DNA of 64,000 bases from Diadema antillarum (lineage: Eukaryota): the NCBI RefSeq assembly GCF_040938485.1, contig NW_027271406.1, forward strand, positions 992,001-1,056,000. The letters run 5' to 3'. The stretch's first letter is position 1, and each line of letters starts with the position of its first letter. Made by a program: the position numbers and the translations under genes. Positions 25,242-38,061 of this stretch are shown piece after piece. Under the pieces are notes generated by a model that made no database searches, was not told the origin of the DNA, and saw only the letters and a list, made by a program, of their open reading frames with translations.

Positions 25242-25634
25242 AGGAATGCCAATGGTGCAGTATTGGTGGAGATGAGAATTGGGCTTTTAACTTTTTGCAA
25301 GAAACCAAGAAAACACTTCTGAAATAGTACAGAGCATACAATTTTAAGGGGAATTCAAAGTTTATTTAATGAAAATCAGGTTTAGAATGACTGAAGCACC
25401 CAAAAACAAAATCAAACAAAGCAATCGTAATAAGGGTGGGTCCCACACTTTATTAGAATCGCTCGGATTTGGATATCTCAGCCATTTCAAAACCAATTTT
25501 CATCAAAAAAAAAAAAAAAGCATTGAATTCCTCATGGAATATTCTCTTTCATATTTTATAAGGGGTGTCTCATTATCTCACCAAAAAATGTTACAAATCT
25601 GATATTAGGTCTCAACCAAAACTATACGATCCTT
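25242..25634. mobile_element. TTAA-flanked dispersed repeat (Kolobok-like), copy 1
   Basis: TTAA at 25238-25241 and 25635-25638; colinear similarity to 56363-56765 (CATACAATT.TAAG.GGAATTCAAAG, GGGTCCCAC, CATTTCAAAACCAATTTTCATCAAA, TCTCAACCAAA). Confidence 0.65.
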
Positions 25635-25785
25635 TTAAATGAGCAGATAATATGTATGCCACCTCACCAAGCTAAGCTTCAGATGTAAGCAGATGCAGTG
25701 TAAATACAATGTATGTTTCAATAAATACAGAAAAAAAAAACTTAAAAGAAATAAAAAAACCTGTGCGTGTATTATGGTACCTATA

Positions 25786-25786
<1 letters not shown>

Positions 25787-25838
<52 letters not shown>
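25787..25838. repeat. (CA)n microsatellite
   Basis: Direct read. Confidence 0.9.
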
Positions 25839-25839
<1 letters not shown>

Positions 25840-26016
25840 TACATATTATTACGCCATCAAACCTGCTCTAGCGATCACTTGTCTTAACGACCACCTAGCT
25901 GCCCTTCAAAATCACATGGACATTAACCGCAGAGATATCCTACTGTCGAAAACTTGTCTGTAGTGGACCACATAATTGGTTTTCCATTGGACTGTGAACA
26001 TCGAACGTATAATCTT

Positions 26017-28791
26017 TCACAGAGCATCAGTCAGCTCGGTACGTACAGTCAACACTTCTAGATTTTTTTTCAAGAAAGTATAAGAAAAAGCCAACCAACA
26101 GGCCCCAACCAACAAACCCCTAATGAACTTATAAGTACCTTTTAACCTCACTGCATAACCATTTTTTACCACAATGGCTATTAGGGCAAGAAGAATGTCC
26201 GAAACCCTGAAGAAGAGGCATAACACATTACAAATTTGGTGAAACCATTCAAAGTTGTTGGAAGCTAATAATGCATTACAATTTCATCTTTTCATCTTTT
26301 GTGTACTGGAACCGATACCGGTATGTGGATTAAAATCCTCATGCTTCAATTCATCCCTACTGTATACACCTAGAATGATAATAATGGTATCTAAGACATA
26401 AACAAGATTGAATTCTTCTGGACAGCACTTAAATCAGTAGATCTTTATTGAGGAAAACACAAACAAAACACAAAACAATATGACACAATACAGAAATATC
26501 TGCAAAACTCTCGATCTGAGTTACAGTATGATGTCATGGAAATAAATCAATACAATTATGCTATTTTATACATTACTTACTCTATGTCTTCGAATTTCTT
26601 GTTAAGTATTTCATATATTATGTCTGAGTTTTGGTCGACGCAAGAGACACATTGACACAAATCTTAAATATGCCACACACTGTTTTTTTTTTTATTCACC
26701 AATACAATAATATGTTTGAATAGCTAATCATGAGGTCATAATTACAAGATTTACATTATTTTATGCTCTTCAGAAATAAATGTTTATGCATAAACTCACA
26801 TATTGAAAACGCTCGACACTTGGTAATGGTTCCCACACTTAATGTCATCTTACATTCCTTTAATGTACTGAAGGTGGCTGGTCTAATCTGGTATGGCAAT
26901 ATGATCTACTGAAGCAGATTTGTGCAAGAATATAGTTCCCTGGTATACTTCACTTTATGTCCTTTATATCTTCTGTCATGAAGAAAGATGGATTGTATGG
27001 ATTATCAAGTCAAACAAAATCAGCTTGATGCTAAAAAAGGGGGGAAAAAAGAAGGTCTTATATCTGAAAAAAAAATCCCACAGCTTGTTTCTGTCATATT
27101 TCAAAGTCAGAGTAAGAATAGAATGTGAAACAAGGAGCCCTATTTTACGAGAATATAAGGTAGTCCCTTATAATAGATCTTCAATGTAGGATCATGTCAT
27201 TTGACAGATATGCACCCTAGTGTTGTAAAACCACTGTAGAGAAATTACACTGAATATTTCCATCACAAAGATAGGCAACATGCAACTATCTAACACAGTT
27301 AAGTAAGGATGCAAGAGAGAGATAAAGAGGGAGAGAGAGAGAGAGTTAAAACAGACAATTGATATACTGTACTATAATCACATAATGCTTTAATACTGAT
27401 TTCTAGCCTTGCAATAATAATTCAGATTTGTAGGATAATGCCCCAATATTAATACTTTATCAAAAGTCCCCCCTAAAAAAACAACAACTTCCTTGCCTAG
27501 AGAAAAGTTTGCAGTCACATTTTATCCCAGTTACATGCTGTGTTCCATCACTGCAATAGATGGCAAATTCTACTGAATATCCTCCAAGTTCCTTCAAAGC
27601 TTGTGTGCCTAAGAGAGAAGAGGGAGAAGAAAAGAAGATCCTTGATGGGTGAATGATGAATTGCAATATGATTGCTGCACTATACCTGGTGACATTTTAC
27701 ACGATATCAAAGTTGATGACCTGCAGAAATATTGGCAGAACAGAGCAAATTCTATACATCTGTATCCTGACATAATATAGTTAACTGAAATTTTTTTTTC
27801 AGAATATATAATAGCATAGTAATTTGAGATTCATATGAAAGTATACATATATATGTGTATATATTTCTCCAGCTGAAGGCAGTAATTCTGGGTAAGTGAA
27901 TACAATGTATCTAGTCGTATCCTGTACTGCTGTCTACTTCTTGTGATCTGTTAACACAGACACTTCTTTACACACATCACAGTCTGATATGAACTAACAT
28001 CCTCTTTTTTCTTCAATATGGACCATGATGAAACGAACTAAAAAGGAAATCCTGCCAGACGTAGCAAAGAGTCTTCCTGGAAGTTTGTAATCTTTTCAAA
28101 TCTTGTCCAAACAGCAGCACCCTTACAGAGCAATCTGGTTTAAATTTGGTCAAGGGCTTAACGCAACTGCAATAAAATTTCTGAAGCAACCTGTCGTTAC
28201 CACACTGTATCTCATGTTATAAATCATTGAAGAAATAAAGATGTATGTTTCAGAGTTGAGGGGTTCTTGTTCCCCTCAATGCACTATCAAATTGCAGTGA
28301 AAATTACAAGCTTCCCTATTATTGCTTGCACCAATCTAATGATTCTCAGAAACATACTGGTATTCAGCCTTCTTTAAAACCACTCCTGCCAACTACCATT
28401 CATATGATACCGGTACACAGTATATCAGTTGGCGGTAGAAATGACATCGCTATTGTCCATTTCCTCTCGATGCTACGATTGAAGTTAACAAGAATAGAAC
28501 TTCTCAAGAGTGTCTGTGTTGTTTCTAGATATCTAACTCCTCATAGTTATGGGCTGTGAAGTGTCCTTCTCTACAACAAATCTATTATGTGACCAAAAAC
28601 AAACAAACAAACATTACTTTTCACAGTAATTTCAAAAATTTGAACTCCTTGTCAGCATACAGTTATTGTGTCTTTCATAATGCCTGTTACATATCAGATA
28701 CACTAACCTCGCTTTCACAATTACTGAGAGTGCTTAATTTGAAACACAATTGTAATGACCCATCACTAGAATCTTGTTTCAAGTTAAGCAT
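26017..28791 (-). pseudogene. Decayed multi-exon gene, weakly FBXO4-like
   Basis: Phase-compatible exon-like blocks at 28024-28190, 27497-27608 (GC donor), 26800-26972 (one TAG) and 26170-26369 (one TGA). Upstream blocks at 28708-28791 and about 28330-28570 (several stops) include SFLPPTDILCTG. Family assignment is by eye only. Confidence 0.4.
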
Positions 28792-28860
28792 TCTTGTCGT
28801 GTGAATGCAAACTGGAATGGGGGAAGGTGATTTGAATCATAATTCAAATTGTGTTTCAAA

Positions 28861-28987
28861 TGACGTCTGGAGGTGTTTTCCAATCACGTTTCACCTGAAT
28901 TATGGAGCGAAACAGTCGTGTGAACAGATTGACCTCCAATGGCGTTTTTGGAGGGAGGAGCTAAGGTGACCTTTCAACCACTTCCGC
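28861..28987. promoter_or_regulatory. Promoter-like motifs upstream of the decayed gene
   Basis: TGACGTC 28861-28867, CCAATCA 28880-28886, CACTTCCGC (ETS) 28979-28987. Confidence 0.3.
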
Positions 28988-30250
28988 AAAAGGACCGCTC
29001 TCCTAAAATGCAGACACTGCATTCAAGAGTGATTAATGGGAACTCAGAAAGAAGCCACACATCCCCTCCATACAGTGAAATTCAAAACCACAGAATCTGC
29101 GAAGCCTTCCTTATCTATGTGAATGAAATGTGAACAAACCATGACTTGAATCACAATTGTGATCGTATTTGCAATTCATCATTACAATTCCAGTTCTTGA
29201 TACACTGTAGGTGTGAAAACGACCCAACAGACATCCAATTCTCAACACATGCTGACACACACACATGTGCATTGTAAGACCATTTTTGTCCTTGTCTTGG
29301 TCCAGGGACTACATTCAAAACACAGATTTGATTCAAATTATCTTTGTGAATTCTAGCTACAGGGTTTCATAATACTTTCCTTCCGCACATTGTCAATCCC
29401 AGTATTTATCCTGCTAAAATGCAATGTAACAATCATGAAAAGCAGTCCCCCAATATACAGAAAATTTATTGGCATTTCTGTTCCCTGATACCTTGTGTTA
29501 GAGGTTCACCTCTTAATGCTTTTTGTGTGAATACATGAAACACAAGAGCAGCACTAAAGCAAAAGGGCAAAGCTGTTTGCTAACACTACAATGCCAGGCC
29601 TTTAGCACAGGAAAATGAAGTGCATGGGGCAGATGCTCTTTAGAATATTGATATCGTTGCTAATAATTGATGTATATTTTACTAGTAAGACTAGTGCTAA
29701 CCATTGCTGTAAATAACATAGACACAAAGACTTTACACCATGGCACTAAATCACATATCGATTTGTGTGGACGGATACCATGCCATTCAACCAAACACAC
29801 TCTGTCTAACCTATGAATATCAATATCAATCATCTTACTGGCAAACCTCATGCACTGATAAAACACCCACATTATCTTACATAATTCATATAATATCTAT
29901 ATTTGTAAAAGCACAGTATACACGCTGGCATCTTTATAATAATTTCTCTTTTCCCCATTTACAATTGATAACTAAACAGCAAACATCATAATTACAGCAT
30001 GCATGACTGGCACAAAGTCTGAACATGATGCATGAAACAACTCACAGCAAATTTCATTTCCACACACAGGAATGTGATTTTAGGCATTTGGTTCAGAGTT
30101 AAGGTAATGCTTAGGGCTGTCCAGTGGTGAAGTTATCCCGACATCAGGAGGATTACCATGACACTTGGTGTCTGGTTTGGTGTGCGATGACCGTATCTCC
30201 TCTGGTGGTACTCAATCAGGGACCAGCCCTGTCCAATACAGCTTTATCTA

Positions 30251-30435
30251 CAGTGCACTCCCGTTATAACGAACACGGTTATAACGAAATTCCGGTTACA
30301 ACGAAGTAAAAATTCAGACCGTAACATCATCCACTCTTTGTTTTTTATTGTTTATTTGTTCGGTTCAAACGAAATTTAGATATAACGAAAGAAAACTGGT
30401 GGTCCAGAGGACTTCATTATAACGGGAGTCCACTG
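30251..30435. mobile_element. pogo/Tigger-like MITE (GTTATAACGAA family), short copy
   Basis: TA|CAGTGCACTCCCGTTATAACGAA ... TTCATTATAACGGGAGTCCACTG|TA. Confidence 0.85.
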
Positions 30436-31574
30436 TATTGTGAAATTCAGTATTAAAGCACAAAGATTGTGGTCAGTCACTTCAGCCCGACAACATGACA
30501 AACATTAGTACGAATCATCACGACCCCTGTCAGGATAGTACTTGTGGTCTAATTCTCCTAACACTGATTAAATGCCTCATTATGTATTCCAATTTTGTCA
30601 TGACAATACTAAATTTGGTTGCATTAGATTGGCGCCAACTTTAATGTCTAATTATGTTTACACTGCAGAAAGAAAAAAAAAATCCCATGTCTTTATTGGA
30701 ACCTGTTTCAGGGCAACACCAGGTTAGCACTAATTTTCAGAGTCTTCTTTTCTTTCTCTTGACAATTTAACTAAATACATAACATTTTGAGTGTAACAAA
30801 AAGTTACACACAAAGAAAATGAGAACACAATGCCCATTGTAGACTAGGGAAAAACCCCGATAAGAACTTAATAAAAAATGGCAGGTAGCACATGTTATGA
30901 ATACCTATCATCCTGAATACAGCTGTTACACAGCAAGAATGCTGATGACCATATAAATAAGTGACATTGGTACTTTCAAAATGTAGTACTGACATTTAAA
31001 GTGTAAATCTGAAATGAATACATTACATTACAAAGAAGTGAGAATCTTTAAGATGCAGCATGCTCATATTTGCTGTGGTCCTCTTTGCAAGGAAAGAATA
31101 GACTAATGTTGATTGTACTGATTCAGAAAAACGAAAGTAGAATGAATGCAACCATTAGCTGGAATTGTGACGGCATGTACCATGTAGGGCACTTGGTACA
31201 GTTTTAGCACTGGGTTACAAAATAGTTAAAGCTTTACAAACTCTTGATGCAGTTTCCATTAACATCCGATGCTGTGAAAGACATGAGCTAAAAAGAAGAA
31301 GAAAAGACAACACTAACCACTACAGCAACAAATGATGGGATCATGTACAAATGGAAGAAATATCGGACATCCAAGGCATGGTCAACATGTGCAATGCTCT
31401 CCAATTTCACATTCCACATCTGCCAATTCTGTGAAGGCAATAATATGTTGGTAGAGTCTTGCAATGAGGCCATCAGAGGTTGTTGGTTCCGTCTTCATTA
31501 CACGTCCAAAGTGCGCTGCCATAAGCACCTCAGATATCCCATGCGCTAATCCCCACCTGGGTAGCTCTGTTCTC

Positions 31575-31670
31575 TCAACCGTAAACCGTCTCCTCGCAGA
31601 ATTTGAGCTGCCAAATCTTGCCAGCGTAGACATCAAATTTCTCTTTCCCCATCAGCTGTTGCAGCAGGGT
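31575..31670 (-). CDS. NEK4: NEK4 exon 14 (terminal)
   Basis: catttcaag|TLLQQLMGKEKFDVYAGKIWQLKFCEETVYG*; QLKFxEE terminus recalled from Nek4. Confidence 0.9.
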   Translation of the reverse strand, partial: TLLQQLMGKEKFDVYAGKIWQLKFCEETVYG

Positions 31671-32463
31671 CTTGAAATGATGATGATAAGAAACAAATAG
31701 AGGCAAATATCTTTAATAGTAAATGCAACTTTATCAAATTCAATGCACAATATGATGAACAAATTTTCAGGAACATAAGGACAATAATGTTATGACAAAT
31801 TACTCTTGGTAATGGGGATTTCTCTCGGAAGTACACTTTGAAACTTGTTATCTTGGTTTATCATCTTTACTATTATGAGTGATGTTATCATACATAATTC
31901 CATTGTAAAAAGGTGCTTCTTTGGTTTGTTTACCACTCCACTGTAAACTTTCATAGTAAAAGCCCTTTCAAATCATGCTTAAGTTTGATATCCTAAGATT
32001 GAATTTATTTCAGGCATGAGAAAGGAAAATTATTCATTTTGAAGAGATTATTTCTTGCCTAAATGCTGTCTCGAGCCTCGGCAAATTAGGTACAAAGGCT
32101 TTGATATATCAAGCAAACCACAGGTGCAACCCTCTTTTGAAATAGGGGTGAGAAGCATACCCACCTATTTTACAAAGTTCCAAAAATAGGATCAAATGTG
32201 AATCAAATTTGCAAAAGGAAGGAATTCTCACCCAGCTCCCATGCTTCATCATTAACAGATATTCACAGAACAAAAAAAAAAAAAAAAAAGGACACTAAAG
32301 AAAGCTAACTCCTTTCTTTAAACAGTCAAAATAATACTTTTCAATTGATAGGGTAAGAACCACACAAAAGAAGGCACCGAATACAGCTTCTTCTTGCCTG
32401 ACAGAACAGAATGTATCCATTACTAGAAGCCAGATGGGCAAGGGTAGTCTCTAAGATGCTTAC

Positions 32464-32603
32464 CTCTGTGGCATCATCCTCCTCCTGGTCTAAGATCTCA
32501 TACGCCTTGGTCAGCATCTCAATGCCGATGCCCTGCATGATGTCCTTCCTCAAGAGGGCGATGCGGTCCATCAGGCGACCAGACGTTGTCATGGTTGCGT
32601 TGC
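32464..32603 (-). CDS. NEK4: NEK4 exon 13
   Basis: (G)NATMTTSGRLMDRIALLRKDIMQGIGIEMLTKAYEILDQEEDDATE|gtaagc; conserved C-terminal domain; phase 1 to 0. Confidence 0.9.
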
Positions 32604-33379
32604 CTACCAATCACAAGTTAAGCATCAAAATATTTGACTCTTTTCCTCTCCTTACAGCTGATTTCCATCACTTTCACGGATTTGGTGTTTTTTCCATGTC
32701 GTTCTTTCCAGGTGAAGCATACACACATATATGACTCAATCTAAACCAACGGATGGATTTTTCACAGTAAGATCTTGCAACAGGTATGCGTAATGTATTG
32801 CAAGTTTATGTGTTATTCATTTTACATGCATTGTTCCTTGTACACAGTGACCACTTGACTATCACTATCAAATGAGATCAGTCATTTGTACACATGTAAC
32901 TGCGTATGTATAACATTACATGTGTGATGTCCCTTTACTCTTATGGTTCTGCATGTGACAATCTAACTCCTAAGGATTAACAGCTAATTGCCACCTGGGG
33001 CATACTCTTTCCTAGAATTACATGTACTGTATGTCATTCAGGTAATTTTTGGAGTAAGCATGTGTCACATATGAGCCCATGTGAACATCAAGGCTGAGCC
33101 TGAGTTCCTGCATTCCATCTCATTACTTTCAGAGCTTTGCACTGGGAGAACAAATAACATTTAGCATGTTTCAGAAGGAAATATTTTCAACATTATTTGT
33201 GCACCTCTTCACCATTGCCTGTGCAAACAATTATATCAACTCATTCAGAAGAATTGCAGTACTGCAGGCTTAAATGATCTAATACCATCTTCTCAGGCTG
33301 GCACCACCACATGATCATTCACTTCTCCTAGTGCAAGTCCTTATTCTGTTTTATTCTGCAACATCTGATAGTCTCTTAC

Positions 33380-33648
33380 CTAGACCCTTAGGTGCCCTTG
33401 GAGCTGCTGCTTCAATGTCAATGTCCTGCGTGCCATTCAGTCTGTGCCCTGACCGGGGCCTAGAGTCGGCTGTAGAAGGGGGAGTGGGTAAGTCGGGGGA
33501 CTCTGGTGAGTCTCTTCCATCTTCATGTTCCTCGGTGTCACCCCCTCCATCCTTCACTCCTCTATCAACTACCTTCTTTCCTTTGTTCTTCTCCAGTCTC
33601 AGTGTGGTGGCCAGTAGATTGGAGAATTCCTCAATTTCATCTTCATCC
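33380..33648 (-). CDS. NEK4: NEK4 exon 12
   Basis: (G)DEDEIEEFSNLLATTLRLE...RAPKGL|gtaaga; EIxxxxxLxxxTLxL helix of the Nek4 C-terminal region; phase 2 to 1. Confidence 0.87.
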
Positions 33649-33903
33649 CTTAAATGAAAAGATTTATAACATAGAAATGAACTCATGTCAGGAATATATA
33701 AAGGGTCCTGAAAGAGAGAGTAAAATTCATTAAAAAAGACTTGATATGATTAATTTGCATTATTTACAACTAAAATATCTAGAAAAATTCTACATTCACT
33801 CATTCAATTTCCAAAATTCTTTGACAGTTCTTATAGTTTGATATCATTTACACAGTCATTTGGAAGTTTGCTGACAGCTAATATATATCAACCCTTCTCT
33901 CAC

Positions 33904-34061
33904 CCCTTCCCTTTGCTGGAGGTGTGGTTCTCTCCCTTCTCCTTCTCCTTCTCCTCATCCTCTGATATGGTAGAGTCAGTATCCCTGCTGTCTCTCCTAC
34001 CACGCCGGTGTGATGGCTGCTCCTTCTGATGGGATGAAGATGATGATGATGACGATGATTC
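33904..34061 (-). CDS. NEK4: NEK4 exon 11
   Basis: gacag|ESSSSSSSSHQKEQ...DSTISEDEEKEKEKGENHTSSKGK|gtgaga; phase 0 to 2. Confidence 0.8.
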
Positions 34062-34321
34062 CTGTCATGTCAAATGCAGGTCGGGAAGGGAATTAGAGCA
34101 CATAACAGATCAATCCCAATTAACTTACAGTACATCTTGTCTTGGCTATAATCTTAAGTGCAATACACAGTTTGAGACTACTTGGTATAATGTTAAACAG
34201 TTACACTTAACAAAGTCATTATTCAGTTTAACTCGGAATGGAAATTAGTTGTAAGTGCCATGCTTTATGAAAGCTGAATGGAGTCATCACATCTCTTCCT
34301 ATCTATAGATTATCAGTACTG

Positions 34322-34438
34322 GGCCCCGTTTTATCAAAAGATAAAATTGATTTTAAATTTCCTTACCACACAGGCTGCCATAGACTTACCGTTGAAATCA
34401 ACTATACAATCAATTTTAACTCTTCATAAAACAGGGCC
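34322..34438. mobile_element. PIF/Harbinger-like MITE with exact CTG TSD
   Basis: CTG|GGCCCCGTTTTATCAAAAG ... CTCTTCATAAAACAGGGCC|CTG; 117 bp. Confidence 0.75.
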
Positions 34439-34907
34439 CTGGAATGGTAACACTAATATGAACATTACTATTGATGCCACTGCTGCAACTACTACACGGG
34501 TTACTTCCTGTAGTAAAGCCATAGCTACTGCACCCATCTTTCTTCTATAACTGACGATCATAACACTGTTTATGCTCTTGCTCTTACAGATAACGATGAA
34601 TATTATAAATATCATTGTTATTGTCATCATCATCATCATAACTATCATCATCATAGCAGCAACATCACCACAGCTGAATGATATCAACCCTAGAGCAGGC
34701 ATCATTTCTTGTAACATGTATTCAGCATATAGAACAGCAAAAAACCAAAAAAACAAACAAACATTCAATACATAACAAACACCACCATGACGACGACGAC
34801 AACAACAACAACAACAACCACAACACCAAAGAAAGAGGTAATGGATCACATGAAGAACCACTCTCTTGGAATAGCACAGAATAACAGATATCGAGTGGTA
34901 TAAATAC

Positions 34908-35008
34908 CTTTGGACCAGGGTCTGAATTGGTGTGTGCTACAGGCTTCTTGGGATGGCCACTGTCAACCTCGTCCTTGCCATGGCTCACGGCGTCAGCACT
35001 CTTCCTCA
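34908..35008 (-). CDS. NEK4: NEK4 exon 10
   Basis: ctccacag|(V)RKSADAVSHGKDEVDSGHPKKPVAHTNSDPGPK|gtattt; phase 1 to 0. Confidence 0.75.
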
Positions 35009-35562
35009 CTGTGGAGATCAAGGAAACAGTAGGAAATTACAGAGGGTTACCACAACAGAAATGTTGTAACAATGATTATCAACAAGGAAGAGGAATTTTA
35101 AAAAAAGAAACACACACAAAAACAAAATGCACAATAAAAACTGAATATAAAAACAGTGGGGCTGCATAGACTTGAAACATTTTGTGTCAGACTGAGATTT
35201 CAAATTACAAGTGACCTAAACTGATTTCAGAACTCCAGATTTGAATGGCTGTTGACACAAAGGAATGTCAAAAGACAAACACAAACAAGTAATATCTTTA
35301 GTATTTTAAAACAAGTGTTTACAAAATAAGAGAACATAAAGGTTTAGATGTGGTATATAAGGCTGGGTGGAAGGTGGACATCTTAGCAAAAACAAACAAA
35401 TGAGCAAATTAACCAACTTTATATACTAGTAATGTGTAATTGACAGGTAGAAAGTAGCCACAACACCTTTAAATGATGCCATGATTGGGTAATGTGGAAA
35501 GACAGTCTACTTGCATACAACAAAATATAGGCATACCTCAGATTTGATGGCTGATTATGCAA

Positions 35563-35762
35563 CAATTCTACAGTTATGACAGCTCTTACTTCAGACATTT
35601 TTCTTTCTTTTGCATGAATTTGCATGGTTATGGCACGCAGAAGGTCCTGTAAAATTTCATTTCAATTCTACAGTTATGACAGCTCTTACTTTAGACATTT
35701 TTCTTTCTTTTGCATGAATTTGCATGGTTATGGCACGCAGAAGGTCCTGTAAAGTTTCATTC
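35563..35762. repeat. 100-bp tandem duplication in NEK4 intron 9
   Basis: Units start at 35563 and 35663 (CAATTCTACAGTTATGAC...), differing at about 3 positions. Confidence 0.92.
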
Positions 35763-36235
35763 AAAAAAGATCTTTCCTTGATGCAGCTGCATCAACATAC
35801 CATCATGACATGTGAAGACAAAGAAGCACACAAACTGGTTTTAAGACACATTATCATTAAACAAACAAAAAATGATTAGCACTTTATCACTATATTTATG
35901 AATGTGAAATGAAGGAAATGCTTTCAAACTGATGCATTGCATTGCAAATTCAATCTTAATCAATACGCTATCTGTAATCTTATTGGTCAGTCTCATTTCT
36001 TTTGCTTTTTAAAATATTTTTGCAATCTATTCACATAGTAATTGTCTCTTCTAGTAATAACATAATGCAAGAATGAACACCAGCCCCCAGTAATAAGCCA
36101 TGAGCCAAATGTCACAATAACAAGACAATGACAGAACACAGCAACACATTCACCAGTATCAGATGCTTCTTGCAGACTCTGAACACTGAATAGGAACGGC
36201 AACAAAACAGTCTGTAACGTGTAGGGTCTCTTTAA

Positions 36236-36320
36236 CCCGTTGAGGACGAGTCCAGAGTATACTTGGGCAAGTGTCTACGGGAAATGCGTGTTGTAGCAAT
36301 ATCAGCCCGCCCTCAAAGGG
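36236..36320. mobile_element. 85-bp piggyBac-like MITE
   Basis: TTAA|CCCGTTGAGGACG ... CGCCCTCAAAGGG|TTAA; 11/13 TIR match. Confidence 0.75.
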
Positions 36321-37622
36321 TTAAAACAATCCTCATGTCTACCACAATTTGTCGGAAGATGGAATCTTATATCAGATTACCGTTTTCATATTAGACATCA
36401 CAGCAGTGACAACGATCGAAATGGTTCGTGAGCAAAAATTCTGATGGCAGGGAGTGTTTTCTTGTGACTGAAATGTGACATTGTTTGTTTGTTTCATTTC
36501 CATCTGAGAAGATGGCTGGATAGCCCATATTCAGCTGCAACAGCTGGTCTTCCATGGGGTCCAGTTGGATGTAAGGAGGGACTACTTCACCAGGTTAAAC
36601 ACCCTGCATAGTCAACTCCACTGGTTGAATGTTAAGTGGTCATCATAAATTGACAGTTGCATCTTACATTGTATGTCACAGCAAACACTGCATTTTTTAG
36701 CTTCAATGGTACCTTTTCCTGTCAGAGGCATTAAAATATATTTTGCAAATTGGGGTTAATGAATGAATTATTCTACTTTTCACAAGGATCATGCTGTGTA
36801 AGTGTTATATACCACAATAAACTATATCATGCAACATACATGAACAGTAATGACAAAAGATGGATTGAGTGCATAGAGATATACTGACAGTTGGTTTACT
36901 CCAAATACATGTAGATTGGATATCATATTCCGGCCATGAAATGCATTTGTGCAAAGTCTGTATTAATGCTAGAATTGACTTTTTTTTAAATTATCATTTC
37001 TTTCTCTTTACCCCATGAATGAATGAGCAAGATGGGAAATGAAAAAAGAGAGTGACAGTTGTACAAGTGCATACTCACAATGCTCTGCACTCTTGCGAGT
37101 GACGACTAGGGAATCAACATGCTTGCTGAACTTTACTACAATTCCAAAAGCCAGAAAAGCATCTGAGAGTCAAATACAGTTCCTCTATAACATTTAGTCC
37201 AAAATAGACTGGTTGTAGCCCTTATTTACAGACATCCGGCTGAGTAAATACATTTTATGATGGGGAAGAATGTAGATGTCCAACAGCAAAGATTACTATA
37301 TCTTGAATACTACGGCCAGGATATTGACGTACAAACCACAACCTGCATTAGCACACTGCTGCCTAATACTGACATACTAAGGGTCACAACAATACACATT
37401 TTTGCTAATGACATCTTAAATCCCACGATCATTTGGTACACTAATACTCAAGTGACAAGTCATAATTCGCAACATGTGGATTTTTGACACATACTTGTGC
37501 AAACATTTCTTGGAGCTTTATATAATGTATTCCTTTATTCTGTATTATTGTTCAATGCTGTATTTCTAGAATACATAGGGAATCAGAAGGTAGAGAACTT
37601 AAAGCTAATGAGAGAAAACTAC

Positions 37623-37704
37623 CTCCATGTGTATACGGTGACTGCTGCTCCTGAGATTCTCTGAGCTTCTCTGCTCTCCGCCTCGCTCTGGCTGATGAAG
37701 ATCT
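37623..37704 (-). CDS. NEK4: NEK4 exon 9
   Basis: catacag|RSSSARARRRAEKLRESQEQQSPYTHG|gtagtt; SARxRRR motif recalled from vertebrate Nek4; phase 0 to 1. Confidence 0.82.
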
Positions 37705-37887
37705 CTGTATGAAATAGACAAACACACAAACTAATTCTTTTCATGGATGTATTTCCCATAATTATGAAGATGTTTGAGGGCAAAGCATAACTAACAAAAG
37801 AAATACTGTAAACGTCAATATTTTCGCGCAATTAATATTTCCCTAGCACATCAAGAGGAAGAGAAAAAAATAATTCGTTAGACCCAC

Positions 37888-38061
37888 ATCTGTACGTGGT
37901 GTGCTTGAATCGTCCTTGGAGCTGCTGACCGAACTGCTGGACGATGTCCTGGTCGACCTGGCTGCTGAGTTTGACGATCTCTTGGCACTGTTGCTGGTTT
38001 GGGGGGTTCCCCCAACAGGAGGCACAGGAAGAGGGCGTGATTTCTTGGATGGCAGCTTGGG
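37888..38061 (-). CDS. NEK4: NEK4 exon 8
   Basis: acccag|PKLPSKKSRPLPVPP...KDDSSTPRTD|gtgggt; RPLP motif; phase 0 to 0. Confidence 0.82.

Noticed and set aside
26170-28570. Selenocysteine or readthrough reading of the TGA codons in the decayed gene
   Set aside because: A TAG and frame inconsistencies also occur and no SECIS was identified; ordinary decay is simpler.
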